Positions 37,531-46,912 of a stretch of 64,000 nucleotides of DNA are shown piece after piece (position 1 is the first letter of the stretch; every line of letters begins with the position of its first letter). Source of the stretch: a bacterium (GTDB lineage Bacteria; Desulfobacterota; DSWW01); assembly GCA_040756235.1 (NCBI GenBank), contig JBFLZG010000066.1, positions 5,891 to 69,890 of the forward strand. Direction: 5' to 3'. The notes beneath the pieces are model-generated. The model searched no databases and was not told the origin of the DNA. It saw nothing but the letters and a program-made list of their open reading frames with translations. A program made the translations under genes and the position numbers.

Positions 37531-40500
37531 ATGAGCGGGAGACTCAGGAGAACGGGGATCGAGGCCCTGGGCGGCCTGCCGTGGGGGACCCACGTCTGCC
37601 AGTTCTACGAGAACAAGGAAGAGCTCCTGGACGTCCTGGTGCCGTACTTTCGCGCAGGTCTCCAAGGGAACGAGCTCTGCGTCTGGGCGGTTGCCGGCCT
37701 CATCACGGAAGAGGAGGCGCACGCGGCGTTGCGCGCCGCCATGCCTGACTACGAAGCCTATGCGGAAAGGGGGCAATTGAGGATCGTTCCGCACCCGCAG
37801 CGCTGTCTGGAATCCGGTCGGTTTCGGCCGGAAAGGGTCTTCGAGAACCTGGTCCGGAGCACCGGGGAAGCGCTCGCGAGGGGCTTCGATGGTCTGCGGG
37901 CCAGCGGCGACACTTTTTGTCTGGACAGCAGGGATTGGGAAGCCCTGGCAGCCTACGAGCGACAGGCCCATCTCTTCATCACCCGCAACCCGGTGCTGGC
38001 CCTCTGCACCTTCCCGCTCGACCGGTGCGGCCCGGAGGAGATCATCGATCTTCTCGGCAGCCATTCCGTCGCCCTCATCCGGAGGCAGGGCGACTGGAGG
38101 GTCGTCGAGAGCGCCGAGCGGAAGCGGATGGAGAGCGCTCTCGAACAGAGCGAGCGGCGCTTCCGCTTGTGGATGGAGGCGACGAGATCGATCTGCTGGA
38201 CGCTCGGGCCCGACACCTCTGCGATCGAGCCGCAGCCGACCTTCCAGGGCTACACCGGTCAGACCTGGGAAGCGTGCAAGGGCTGGGGGTGGCTCGATGC
38301 GGTCCATCCCGAGGACCGCAGCAGAGCCCGTCTGGTGTGTGAACAGGCCATCGAGCAGAGCGCGGCCTGCGAGTGCGAGCTCAGGCTCTGGTCCGCCGCA
38401 GCCGGCCAGTACCGCTGGATCCTGGCCCGCACCGTACCGGAGTTGAGCGCGGACGGGTCCGTTCGGGGATGGGTCGGTGCAGGAGTCGACATCCACGAGA
38501 GCAGAGAAGCTGAAACAGGCCGGAGAGAGACCGAGTCCCGGCACCGCCTCCTGTTCGACAGCCTGTCGGACGGCTTCGCCTACCGGAAGATCTTGTTCGA
38601 TGAAGACGGAAAGCCCGTGGATTACGTGTTCCTGGAGGTCAACGAGGCTTTCGAGAAGCTCCTCGGAGTCAGCAGGGCGGATGCGATCGGCAGGAGGGCG
38701 ACCGAGGTCCTGCCCGGAATCGAGAACGACCCGGAGGACTGGATCGGAACATACGGCAGGATCGCCCTGAGCGGGGAGGCGGCCCGGTTCGAGAAGTACT
38801 CCGAGAACCTGCAGAAATGGTTTATGGTATCCGCGTACAGCCCGGAAAAGGGAACTTGCGCCTCCATCTTCGAGGACATCACCGAGCGCAAGCAGGCGGA
38901 GGCCGATGTGCGCTTCCTGGCGGACATCGGCGACTGCGTTCAGAAGATCGAGGGGCCGACTGCGCTGCTCAAAAACCTGACCGCCCGCATCGGCGACCAT
39001 CTGAAGGTCGCTCGCTGCCTGTTTGCCGAAGTCGATCTCGAGCAGGAGCGGGCGGTGGTTCATGCGGATTATCACAGAGGGGCGCCGTCGTGTGCGGGGA
39101 TTCAATCCTCGCTGTTCAGTCCCGAGATGGTGAACGAAGTCCGAGCGGGACGCACGGTGGTGAACTGCGATTCCAGGAACGACCCGCGTACGGCCTCCTA
39201 CTATGAGAGAGTCTACCGCCCCTACGGCCTCGGCGCTTACGTGACGGTGCCGCTTCTGCGGGACGGGAGGCTGAGCTCGCTGCTCATGGTCAGCGTTCCC
39301 GAGCCGCGCGCGTGGGTCCAGCGCGAGGTGTCGCTCCTGGAAAGAGTGGGCGAGCGTGCCTGGTTCGGCTTCGAGCAGGCGAGGCTCCTGGCAGCGGTTC
39401 GCGAGAGCGAGCAGCGGTTGCGGGTGATTGCGGAAAACGTGCCCGGCCTCATTGCCTACGTGGATCCGGATTATCGGCTGAGGTTCACGAACGCGGCGCA
39501 CGGGGAGTGGCTCGGCGTGCAGGTGCTCCCCGAACCGGGCCGGAGCCTGCAGGAGATGAACGGAACGGATCTGCAGCTTCGGGTGCGCTCTCACTTCGAC
39601 ACCGTGCTGACCACGGGACGGCCGCTGTCCTTCGAACAGACGGTGCTCCGTGCCGACGGCTCTTCCTTGACGCTGTTCTTCCAGCTGATGCCGCAACTCG
39701 AACACAACAGAGTGGCGGGCGTGTACGCCCTGGCCACGGACATCACCGAGCGCAAGCGGGCCGAGGCGGCCCTCAACAAGACCAAGGAACGGTTCGAGCT
39801 TCTGTCCGAGACCGCGGGCAGACTGCTGGCGACGCAAACGCCTCAGGAAATCGTCAACAGCCTGTGCAGGAAGGTCGTGACCCATCTCGACTGCGACGTC
39901 TTCCTCCACTACCTGCTGGACGAGCCGAGCAAGCGCCTGCGCCTCTGTGCCTATGCCGGGCTGCCGCAGCCTGCCGCCGAAGAGATGGCATGGACCGATT
40001 GCGGCGTGGGCGTCTGCGGCTCCGTGGCCCGGGACGGCCGCCGCATCGTGGCGGAGGGCATCCTCGTCTCGCCTCCTCGCCCCCTGACGCAGCGGCTCGC
40101 CTCGCTCGACATTCAGGCGTATGCGTGCCACCCGCTCTTCTCGAGCGGCCGCGTGATCGGCACGCTCGCCTTCGGCGTCCGCTCCAGGCCGCGCTTCACG
40201 GAGGACGAGCTTTCCATGATGCAGCGGGTTGCGGAGCAGGTTGCCGTGGCCATGGACCGCTCCCGGCTGGTCGAGGCGTTGCGCCGGTCCCGGGACGAGC
40301 TGGAAGAGCGGGTGCGCGAGCGCACCGCGGATCTGGCGGCGGCCCACGAGCGCCTGCAGTTGGAGCACGAGTTCTCCCGCCTGCTCTCCTCCCAGCTCAT
40401 CCGGGTCCAGGAGAACGAACGCAAGAGGGTCGCTCAGGAGATCCACGACAGCATCGGGCAATCCCTGAGCGCGATCAAATACCGGGTGGAAGACGTGCTC

Positions 40501-41028
40501 CAACAGAAGAAAAAGGCGGGGATGTCAGAACGTCTGAAGGGCATCGTTCCCCTCTGCCAGCAGGCGGTCGAAGAGGCCCGCAGAATCCAGGCGGACCTCC
40601 GGCCGCCGGTGCTCGACGACCTGGGCATCGTGGCGGCCTTGAACGGCTTCTTCAGGCAATTCCAGAGCACTTACCCCGGGATTCGGATCGAAAGCCGCAT
40701 GGAGCCGCAGGCCGACAACGTGCCCGAGACGATCAAGATCGTGGTCTATCGGATTTCACAGGAAGCCCTGAACAACGTCGCCAAGCACGGCGCAGCGGAT
40801 CGAATCGTGTTCTCTCTGACCAGGAGAGGGCACGAGGTCGAGCTCTCGATCCGGGACAACGGCCGCGGCTTCGACGTGGAGGCGGTGGAGAAGGACGAGG
40901 GGGTCGGCCGCAGAGTCGGTCTGGCCGGAATGAGGGAGCGGGCGACCCTTTCCGGCGGGCATCTGGCCATCGATTCGGCCCTGGGGGCCGGCACCACCAT
41001 TCGGGCGACCTGGAGCGTGCCGCCATGA
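37531..41028 (+). CDS. Cytoplasmic multi-sensor histidine kinase (MEDS-PAS-PAS-GAF-PAS-GAF-HisKA_3-HATPase)
   Basis: MEDS (WGTHVCQFY), PAS (VHPEDR, DITERK), GAF domains, EIHDSIGQSL, QEALNNVAKH and DNGRGF. Confidence 0.9.
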   Translation: MSGRLRRTGIEALGGLPWGTHVCQFYENKEELLDVLVPYFRAGLQGNELCVWAVAGLITEEEAHAALRAAMPDYEAYAERGQLRIVPHPQRCLESGRFRPERVFENLVRSTGEALARGFDGLRASGDTFCLDSRDWEALAAYERQAHLFITRNPVLALCTFPLDRCGPEEIIDLLGSHSVALIRRQGDWRVVESAERKRMESALEQSERRFRLWMEATRSICWTLGPDTSAIEPQPTFQGYTGQTWEACKGWGWLDAVHPEDRSRARLVCEQAIEQSAACECELRLWSAAAGQYRWILARTVPELSADGSVRGWVGAGVDIHESREAETGRRETESRHRLLFDSLSDGFAYRKILFDEDGKPVDYVFLEVNEAFEKLLGVSRADAIGRRATEVLPGIENDPEDWIGTYGRIALSGEAARFEKYSENLQKWFMVSAYSPEKGTCASIFEDITERKQAEADVRFLADIGDCVQKIEGPTALLKNLTARIGDHLKVARCLFAEVDLEQERAVVHADYHRGAPSCAGIQSSLFSPEMVNEVRAGRTVVNCDSRNDPRTASYYERVYRPYGLGAYVTVPLLRDGRLSSLLMVSVPEPRAWVQREVSLLERVGERAWFGFEQARLLAAVRESEQRLRVIAENVPGLIAYVDPDYRLRFTNAAHGEWLGVQVLPEPGRSLQEMNGTDLQLRVRSHFDTVLTTGRPLSFEQTVLRADGSSLTLFFQLMPQLEHNRVAGVYALATDITERKRAEAALNKTKERFELLSETAGRLLATQTPQEIVNSLCRKVVTHLDCDVFLHYLLDEPSKRLRLCAYAGLPQPAAEEMAWTDCGVGVCGSVARDGRRIVAEGILVSPPRPLTQRLASLDIQAYACHPLFSSGRVIGTLAFGVRSRPRFTEDELSMMQRVAEQVAVAMDRSRLVEALRRSRDELEERVRERTADLAAAHERLQLEHEFSRLLSSQLIRVQENERKRVAQEIHDSIGQSLSAIKYRVEDVLQQKKKAGMSERLKGIVPLCQQAVEEARRIQADLRPPVLDDLGIVAALNGFFRQFQSTYPGIRIESRMEPQADNVPETIKIVVYRISQEALNNVAKHGAADRIVFSLTRRGHEVELSIRDNGRGFDVEAVEKDEGVGRRVGLAGMRERATLSGGHLAIDSALGAGTTIRATWSVPP

Positions 41029-44000
41029 GAAACAGCGTCGGTCCCGAAGCGGGAACCTGCGTCCCTCTGGCGGGCGCCGTCGCAGAGGGAGGCTGCCAGT
41101 CCGAACAGGATGGCCGATTCGCGCTGGACCTCTACGATCGCGTCCGGCGCATCGAAGATCCGGAAACGCTCGCCTGGACCGTGGCCGAGGCCATCGGCGA
41201 GTATTTGCACGTTGCGCGGTGCCTGTTCGGCGAGATCGAGATCGAGACCGACCGTGCCCTCGTCTACCGCGACTATCACAAGGGTCTTCCCTCGGCTGCC
41301 GGGACGCACACCCTCGCGCTTTTCAGCCCCGAGATGATGGTGCAGATTCGAGCGGGCCGCACCATCGTGAACTGCGACGCCAGACACGACCCGCGTACGG
41401 CCACCCGCTACGAGGCGGTCTACCGGCCTCTGGGCCTGGACGCCTACGTGACGGTGCCGCTCTTTCGGGAGGGCCGGTTGAAGTCGCTGCTCCTGGTGAG
41501 CACCGACCGGCCGCGTGCCTGGAGCGAGCGCGAGATCCGTCTGCTGGAGAATCTGGGACATCGCGCGTGGTCCGCCTTCGAGCAGACGAGACTTAACGCG
41601 GCCCTGCGCACGAGCGGAGAACGGCTGCGTCTGATCACGGACAACGTACCGGCCGTGATCGCCTGCCTCGACCGCAACCGCCGCTTCCTGTTCGTGAACG
41701 CCCTGTATGAGCAGTGGTTCGGAGCCCCGGTGTCGGCGGTGCTGGGCCGGGCTCTGGAGGAGATCCACGGCACCGACTTCTATACGCGCGCGCGCCCTCA
41801 CCTGGATGCGGTGCTGGCGCGGGGGCGGCCGGTGTCGTACGAGGACGCGATCGTGGCCGCCGACGGCTCCCGGCTGTCCGTGATCATTCGGCTCGTGCCC
41901 CACGTGGAGGGAGGCGAGGTCGTCGGTTTGTACGCTCTCATGATCGACATCACGGAACGGCAGCAGGCCGAGGAGGCCCTGAGGAGGAGCAAGGAGAGGT
42001 TCGAGCTCCTGTCGGAGACCGCGGGCAGGCTGCTGGCGACCGATCTGCCGCAGAGCATCGTCAACAGCCTTTGCCGCAAGGTGCTCGCCCATCTCGATTG
42101 CGAGGTCTTCATCCACCATCTCGTGGATGAGCCCGCCGGACGTCTGCACCTGTGCGCCTCCCGCGGTCTTCCCCCGCGCATCGCAGAAGAGATGGAGTGG
42201 TCGGAGCTCGGCGCGGACTTGTGCGGCTCCGTGGCCCGGGCCGGACGGCGCATGGTGGCCGAGAACATGACGGGATCCGCGGATCCGCGCACGCAACGGC
42301 TCGCCGCCCTGGGCGTGCAAGCCTATGCCTGCTACCCGCTCTTTTCCGGGGAGCGGGTGATCGGGACACTCGCCTTCGGCGCCCGCTCCAGGCCGCGGTT
42401 CACGGAGGACGAGCTGGCTCTGATGCAGCGCGTGGCGGACCAGGTCGCCGTGGCCATGGACCGCGCGCGTCTGATCGAGGCGCTGCGCGCGTCACAGCTC
42501 GAGCTGGAGGCGCGGGTGCGGGAGCGCACCGCCGAGCTGGCGGAGGCCCATGAAGGTCTTCAGGTGGAGCACGCCTTCCGGCGGGCGATCGAGGACTCGC
42601 TGGTGTGCGGCATCGTCGCGGTCGATCTGGAGGGACGCCAGACTTACGTGAACCGCTCGTTCTGCGAGATGGTGGGCTGGCCAGAACAGGTGCTTCTGGG
42701 CGCGACGCCGCCCTTCGTGTACTGGCCCCGGGAGCAGCACGAAGCGATGGGGAAATCCTTCCGGGGCGTGCTGGCCGGGGAGGCGCCGGAACCGCTCGAG
42801 CTCCTCTTCCGCAGGCGCAACGGGGAGCATTTTCCGGCCTTGGTTCTGCAGTCTCCCCTGCTGGACGGCCAGGGACGTCAGATCGGCTGGATCGCTTCGG
42901 TCACCGACTTCACGCACGAGAGAGAGGTCCAGAGGCGCACCGAGGCCACCCAGGCGCTCCTCAACCTTTTCTCCAAGGAGTCCGACCGCAAAGAGTATCT
43001 CGATCGGGCCCTGGGCCTGATCCAGGGCTGGTGCGGCTGCCAGAGCGCCGGGATCCGGGTGCTCGACGCCGCGGGGCGCATGGTCTACGAGGCTCACGCG
43101 GGCTTGGGCCCGGACTTCGTCGAATCGGAGAACCTGCTTTCCGTCGAGGAAGACCTGGAGCTGGGGCTGTGCCCGCGGGTCGTCGCCGGAGTCCCGGACC
43201 CTTCGGAGGCGGCCATGATGACCGCGGCCGGCTCTTTTCGGTGCGAGAACCTGGAGGGGTTTTCCGCCGGCCGGCCCCCGGAGCGCAAGGCCAAGTGTGG
43301 AAGCTGTGTCCAAGCGGGCTTCCGGTCGCTCGCCCTGATCCCCATCCGCTATCAGAACAAGGCCGTCGGCCTGATCCACCTTGCCGACCGGCGGCCCGGG
43401 GCCCTGACGCTCGAGATCGTGCAGTTCATCGAGTCGATGGCGCCGCTGATCGGCGAGGCGGTCCACCGTTTCGACCTGGAAGAGGAGCTGCGCGTTTCGG
43501 AGGCCCGCTCCCGGCTGCTCTCCTCGCAGCTCATCCGGGTCCAGGAGAACGAACGGAAGAGAGTTGCCCGGGAAATCCACGACAGCATCGGGCAGTCCCT
43601 GAGCGCGATCAAGTACCGGGTGGAGGACGTCCTCCTGCAGCGGAGAAAGTCGAAGATCCTCGAACGCCTCAGGGGGGTGGTGCCTCTGTGCCAGCAGTCG
43701 GTCGAGGAGGCCCGTCGGATCCAGGCGGACCTCAGGCCGCCGGTGCTCGATGACCTCGGCATCGTGGCGGCCCTGAACGGCTTCCTCAGGGATTTTCAAG
43801 GCACCTATCCCAGGCTCCGGATCGACAAGAGGACGGACCCGGCGCTGGGCGACCTCCCCGAGGCGATCAAGATCGTGCTCTACAGGATCTCTCAGGAGGC
43901 GCTGAACAACGTGGCGAAGCACAGCGGCGCCGACCGCGTCGAGCTGTCTCTCTCCAAGACGAACGACGAGATCGAGCTGGTCATCCGGGACAACGGCGAG

Positions 44001-44159
44001 GGGTTCAACCTGGAAGAGGTGGAAATGGGCGAGGGGGCCGGCCGCGGCATGGGGCTGGCCGGCATGCGGGAGCGAGCGACCCTTTCGGGCGGAGCCCTGG
44101 AGATCGATTCTGCAGAGGGGAGCGGGACCACGGTCCGGGCGACATGGAAGCTGACGTGA
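41025..44159 (+). CDS. Cytoplasmic multi-sensor histidine kinase (GAF-PAS-GAF-PAS-GAF-HisKA_3-HATPase), paralogue of the upstream gene
   Basis: ATGA overlap with the upstream gene; same H-box EIHDSIGQSL; domains homologous to 37531-41028. Confidence 0.88.
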   Translation: MRNSVGPEAGTCVPLAGAVAEGGCQSEQDGRFALDLYDRVRRIEDPETLAWTVAEAIGEYLHVARCLFGEIEIETDRALVYRDYHKGLPSAAGTHTLALFSPEMMVQIRAGRTIVNCDARHDPRTATRYEAVYRPLGLDAYVTVPLFREGRLKSLLLVSTDRPRAWSEREIRLLENLGHRAWSAFEQTRLNAALRTSGERLRLITDNVPAVIACLDRNRRFLFVNALYEQWFGAPVSAVLGRALEEIHGTDFYTRARPHLDAVLARGRPVSYEDAIVAADGSRLSVIIRLVPHVEGGEVVGLYALMIDITERQQAEEALRRSKERFELLSETAGRLLATDLPQSIVNSLCRKVLAHLDCEVFIHHLVDEPAGRLHLCASRGLPPRIAEEMEWSELGADLCGSVARAGRRMVAENMTGSADPRTQRLAALGVQAYACYPLFSGERVIGTLAFGARSRPRFTEDELALMQRVADQVAVAMDRARLIEALRASQLELEARVRERTAELAEAHEGLQVEHAFRRAIEDSLVCGIVAVDLEGRQTYVNRSFCEMVGWPEQVLLGATPPFVYWPREQHEAMGKSFRGVLAGEAPEPLELLFRRRNGEHFPALVLQSPLLDGQGRQIGWIASVTDFTHEREVQRRTEATQALLNLFSKESDRKEYLDRALGLIQGWCGCQSAGIRVLDAAGRMVYEAHAGLGPDFVESENLLSVEEDLELGLCPRVVAGVPDPSEAAMMTAAGSFRCENLEGFSAGRPPERKAKCGSCVQAGFRSLALIPIRYQNKAVGLIHLADRRPGALTLEIVQFIESMAPLIGEAVHRFDLEEELRVSEARSRLLSSQLIRVQENERKRVAREIHDSIGQSLSAIKYRVEDVLLQRRKSKILERLRGVVPLCQQSVEEARRIQADLRPPVLDDLGIVAALNGFLRDFQGTYPRLRIDKRTDPALGDLPEAIKIVLYRISQEALNNVAKHSGADRVELSLSKTNDEIELVIRDNGEGFNLEEVEMGEGAGRGMGLAGMRERATLSGGALEIDSAEGSGTTVRATWKLT

Positions 44160-44173
44160 GCTGCGAGCAGTCG

Positions 44174-44209
44174 GCAGGGCGGACAAAGCCGCAGGCGTGT
44201 CCACCCTAC
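44174..44209. repeat. RAYT-cognate REP between convergent genes
   Basis: GCAGGGCGGACAAAGCCGCAGGCGTGTCCACCCTAC. Confidence 0.8.
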
Positions 44210-44236
44210 CCGGAGCACCCGCATGGAGTTTGAGCC

Positions 44237-44349
44237 CGACGGGTGTCCCGCACGAGTGCGGCGAGGGCGAGTCGCGGAGGCCGTCCCGAGTCCCGAAGGC
44301 CGGTGGAACGGAGCGCTGTTTCTCGACGACCAAACCCGCCAGGCTCGTG
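44237..44349 (-). repeat. Partial inverted copy C of the ~245-nt element
   Basis: Reverse complement contains CCACCGGCCTTCGGGACTCGGGACGGCCTCCGCGACTCGCCCTCGCCGC..GCGGGACACCC. Confidence 0.75.
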
Positions 44350-44359
44350 AGCTCCGACC

Positions 44360-45439
44360 TCAAAACCTTCCCGCGTACCTGGGGTTCATATCGGTGTAGT
44401 AGTGATCGATCCCCGGGATGCCGGTGTCGGCGAACCTCAGCAGCGGCTTGATCAGGCCCGGGAAGCGGTAAAGACCCGCCATGACGTACTGCCTCTGAGG
44501 ATTGTTGAGCCAGCGGTTCGCGTACCAGCATCGGGCGAAGCCGCGGGTGAATCGCCGGAAGTCGCTGTAGGCCCGGACCGGGTCGTCGACCGCAAGGGCG
44601 GCTATCTTGCCGGAGACGAGCGCGCCGTGGATGCCGAAGTACAACCCGGGTTCCATCATGCCCGCAAGGGTGCCGGCCAGGATCTTGCTGCCGGCGAAGA
44701 GGCGGGGCGCGTCGGGCCGGCCCATGGGGACGAAGACCTCGAAGTAGTCCCAGTGGTCGAAGCGGACCCCTTCCGTACGCTCGAGCTCCTCCTCGAAGTT
44801 CCTGAGCTCGAGCAGCGTGAGGTCCCGGTCCGAGAACAGAAGATAATAGCCGAGCTGGTTGATGATGCTCGCGTAGGCGTAGGTATTGGTGTAGCGGCCG
44901 AACCAGGTGCGAACGTCGCCGTTGCGGGACGGGTCCGGCACGGCCGTGCGGGCCGAGAAGCACGGCAGTCGGACCACCGGCCTGCCGAGGAGCTCGTTCA
45001 TGCCCCGGAACAGTCCCGTTGCGAGGATCGCGGGATCCGGCAGATCGAAGGGATCCTTCAACTCCTGGCCGAGCTCGAACTTCACGCCCAGCCGGAGCGC
45101 CTCTTCGTACAGCAGCGAGTCGATCGAGGTCTTGCGAGGGCCTCTCTCGACCGAGAAGCCCGGCCACGAAGGCATCTCATACTTGCACGACCGGATGAAC
45201 CCCAGCATGCTGTTGCAGGAGTGCAGGACCGGAGTCAGGTCGAGCCCCACGTAGTCCTTCATGAGCCGGAGATTGATCGGGGTCGAGTGATTGGAGGGGT
45301 GGTGCGGATGGACGCCTCCGATGCTCTTGGCCGCTTCGAGCACGACCACCGAGTGGCCCGCCCTGGCCAGGTTGATGGCCGCCGCCATGCCCGACAAGCC
45401 TGCCCCCGCGATGTGAACGGTCTGGCTCCTGCTGGTCAT
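44360..45439 (-). CDS. FAD-dependent oxidoreductase (geranylgeranyl reductase-like)
   Basis: GAGLSG, ILATG and AGTLAGMMEP..YFGIHGALVSG. Confidence 0.8.
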   Translation of the reverse strand: MTSRSQTVHIAGAGLSGMAAAINLARAGHSVVVLEAAKSIGGVHPHHPSNHSTPINLRLMKDYVGLDLTPVLHSCNSMLGFIRSCKYEMPSWPGFSVERGPRKTSIDSLLYEEALRLGVKFELGQELKDPFDLPDPAILATGLFRGMNELLGRPVVRLPCFSARTAVPDPSRNGDVRTWFGRYTNTYAYASIINQLGYYLLFSDRDLTLLELRNFEEELERTEGVRFDHWDYFEVFVPMGRPDAPRLFAGSKILAGTLAGMMEPGLYFGIHGALVSGKIAALAVDDPVRAYSDFRRFTRGFARCWYANRWLNNPQRQYVMAGLYRFPGLIKPLLRFADTGIPGIDHYYTDMNPRYAGRF

Positions 45440-45584
45440 CTCGCCGCTCCTCCGGGCTCGTGCCTCCGGCAACTGGAAAGCTGCATTTCGTGCTGACAAC
45501 TGCCTGTGGAATATGTCATAGTTGTCGCGCATTCGCCAAGCAGAAAAGAGGTGTCGGGGCTCAAAAACATAGGAGACGACGGCT

Positions 45585-46898
45585 ATGGCAAAAGTCTACT
45601 ACATGGACGACCGCTCCCAGTCGATTCAGACGAGCCTGGTTGCCAAGACGATGACCCTGTTCGACGCCGCCGGCTTCCGGGAGCTCGTCCAGCCCGGGCA
45701 GGTGGTGGCCGTGAAGGTCCACATGGGCGAGTTCAACAACACGGCCTACATCCGCCCCGTGTACGTGCGGGCGCTCGTGGACAAGATCCGGAGCCTGGGC
45801 GGGGAGCCGATGGTGGTGGATACGACCACGCTGCCCTACCACCCGCACACCTCCCGGTCCACGTCCCTGGACTACCTGAAGACGGTGGCCCGAAACGGCT
45901 TCACCGAGGCGACCGTGGGCTGCCCGATCGTGATCGCGGACGGGTACATCGGGACGGATGATGTCCACGTCGACCTGCCTGAAGGTTTCATTCTGAAGGA
46001 GCAGTACGTCGCCACCGGCATCGCTCTGGCCGACGCCATGATCGCGCTCTCTCATTTCAAAGGCCATCCCATGGGCACTTACGGAGGGGCGATCAAGAAT
46101 ATCGGGGTGGGCTGCGCTTCCAAGAGGGGCAAGCTCAACCTGCACATGGGGGGCCACGACCGCTACGGGCTCAAGAGCCGTCACTGGATGCCGGAGCGGT
46201 GCCTGAAGGAGGAATGCCCCCAGTACCAGGTCTGTCTCGATCTCTGTCCGACCGGCGCCATCCGCCACACCCCGGACACGGTCGAGTTCGTGCGGGACAA
46301 GTGCATCGGGTGCCTGGCCTGCATCGGCGTCGTGACCATGTGCGGCGTGGCCTTCCTGCCCGACGACTACTTCGATGTGACCGCGGCCGCCATCGCCGAT
46401 TCGGCCCTGGCGGTGACCAAGGCCATCGGCGCGGGCAAGATCGGATATATCAACATGGCCCTGGACATCTCGCCCTGGTGTGACTGCGTGAACTACAGCG
46501 ACCGGCCCATCGTGCCCAACCTGGGGATCTTCGCGTCCTGGGACGCGGTGGCCATCGACTCGGCCTGCATCCGCAAGGCCAAGGATGCGGCCGGCATGCC
46601 GGACTCGATGGCCATGACCAAGGGCACCATGAGCCCGGGCACGGCCAAGTTCTCCGCCTGCGGCTCTTTCCTCGGGGTGAGCGAGGAGATCCAGCCCAAC
46701 GTGGGGCAGAAGATCGGATTGGGAACGCGCCAGTTCGAGCTCGAGGAGCTGCAGCCGCCCGAGGACCCCGCGCCGTTCCTGTGCACTCAGGTGCCGGCCG
46801 GCGCCAAGCTGGGCAAGCTGTTCGCGAAGAAAGGGGATCTCATCCCGGCAAAGGGGTTCAAGAGGGTCGAGGAAGTCGAGATCGAGGACATGAGATAG
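45585..46898 (+). CDS. DUF362 domain Fe-S protein
   Basis: VKVHMGE, HFKGH..YGGAIKNIGVGC, ferredoxin insert, SPWCDC and DAVAID. Confidence 0.88.
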   Translation: MAKVYYMDDRSQSIQTSLVAKTMTLFDAAGFRELVQPGQVVAVKVHMGEFNNTAYIRPVYVRALVDKIRSLGGEPMVVDTTTLPYHPHTSRSTSLDYLKTVARNGFTEATVGCPIVIADGYIGTDDVHVDLPEGFILKEQYVATGIALADAMIALSHFKGHPMGTYGGAIKNIGVGCASKRGKLNLHMGGHDRYGLKSRHWMPERCLKEECPQYQVCLDLCPTGAIRHTPDTVEFVRDKCIGCLACIGVVTMCGVAFLPDDYFDVTAAAIADSALAVTKAIGAGKIGYINMALDISPWCDCVNYSDRPIVPNLGIFASWDAVAIDSACIRKAKDAAGMPDSMAMTKGTMSPGTAKFSACGSFLGVSEEIQPNVGQKIGLGTRQFELEELQPPEDPAPFLCTQVPAGAKLGKLFAKKGDLIPAKGFKRVEEVEIEDMR

Positions 46899-46912
46899 CT
46901 TGGAGGGATGCC

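Noticed and set aside
39312-41024. 571-aa N-terminal extension of the second kinase
   Set aside because: It is an Arg/Gly/Ala-rich off-frame overlap of the first kinase; the ATGA-coupled start at 41025 is more plausible.
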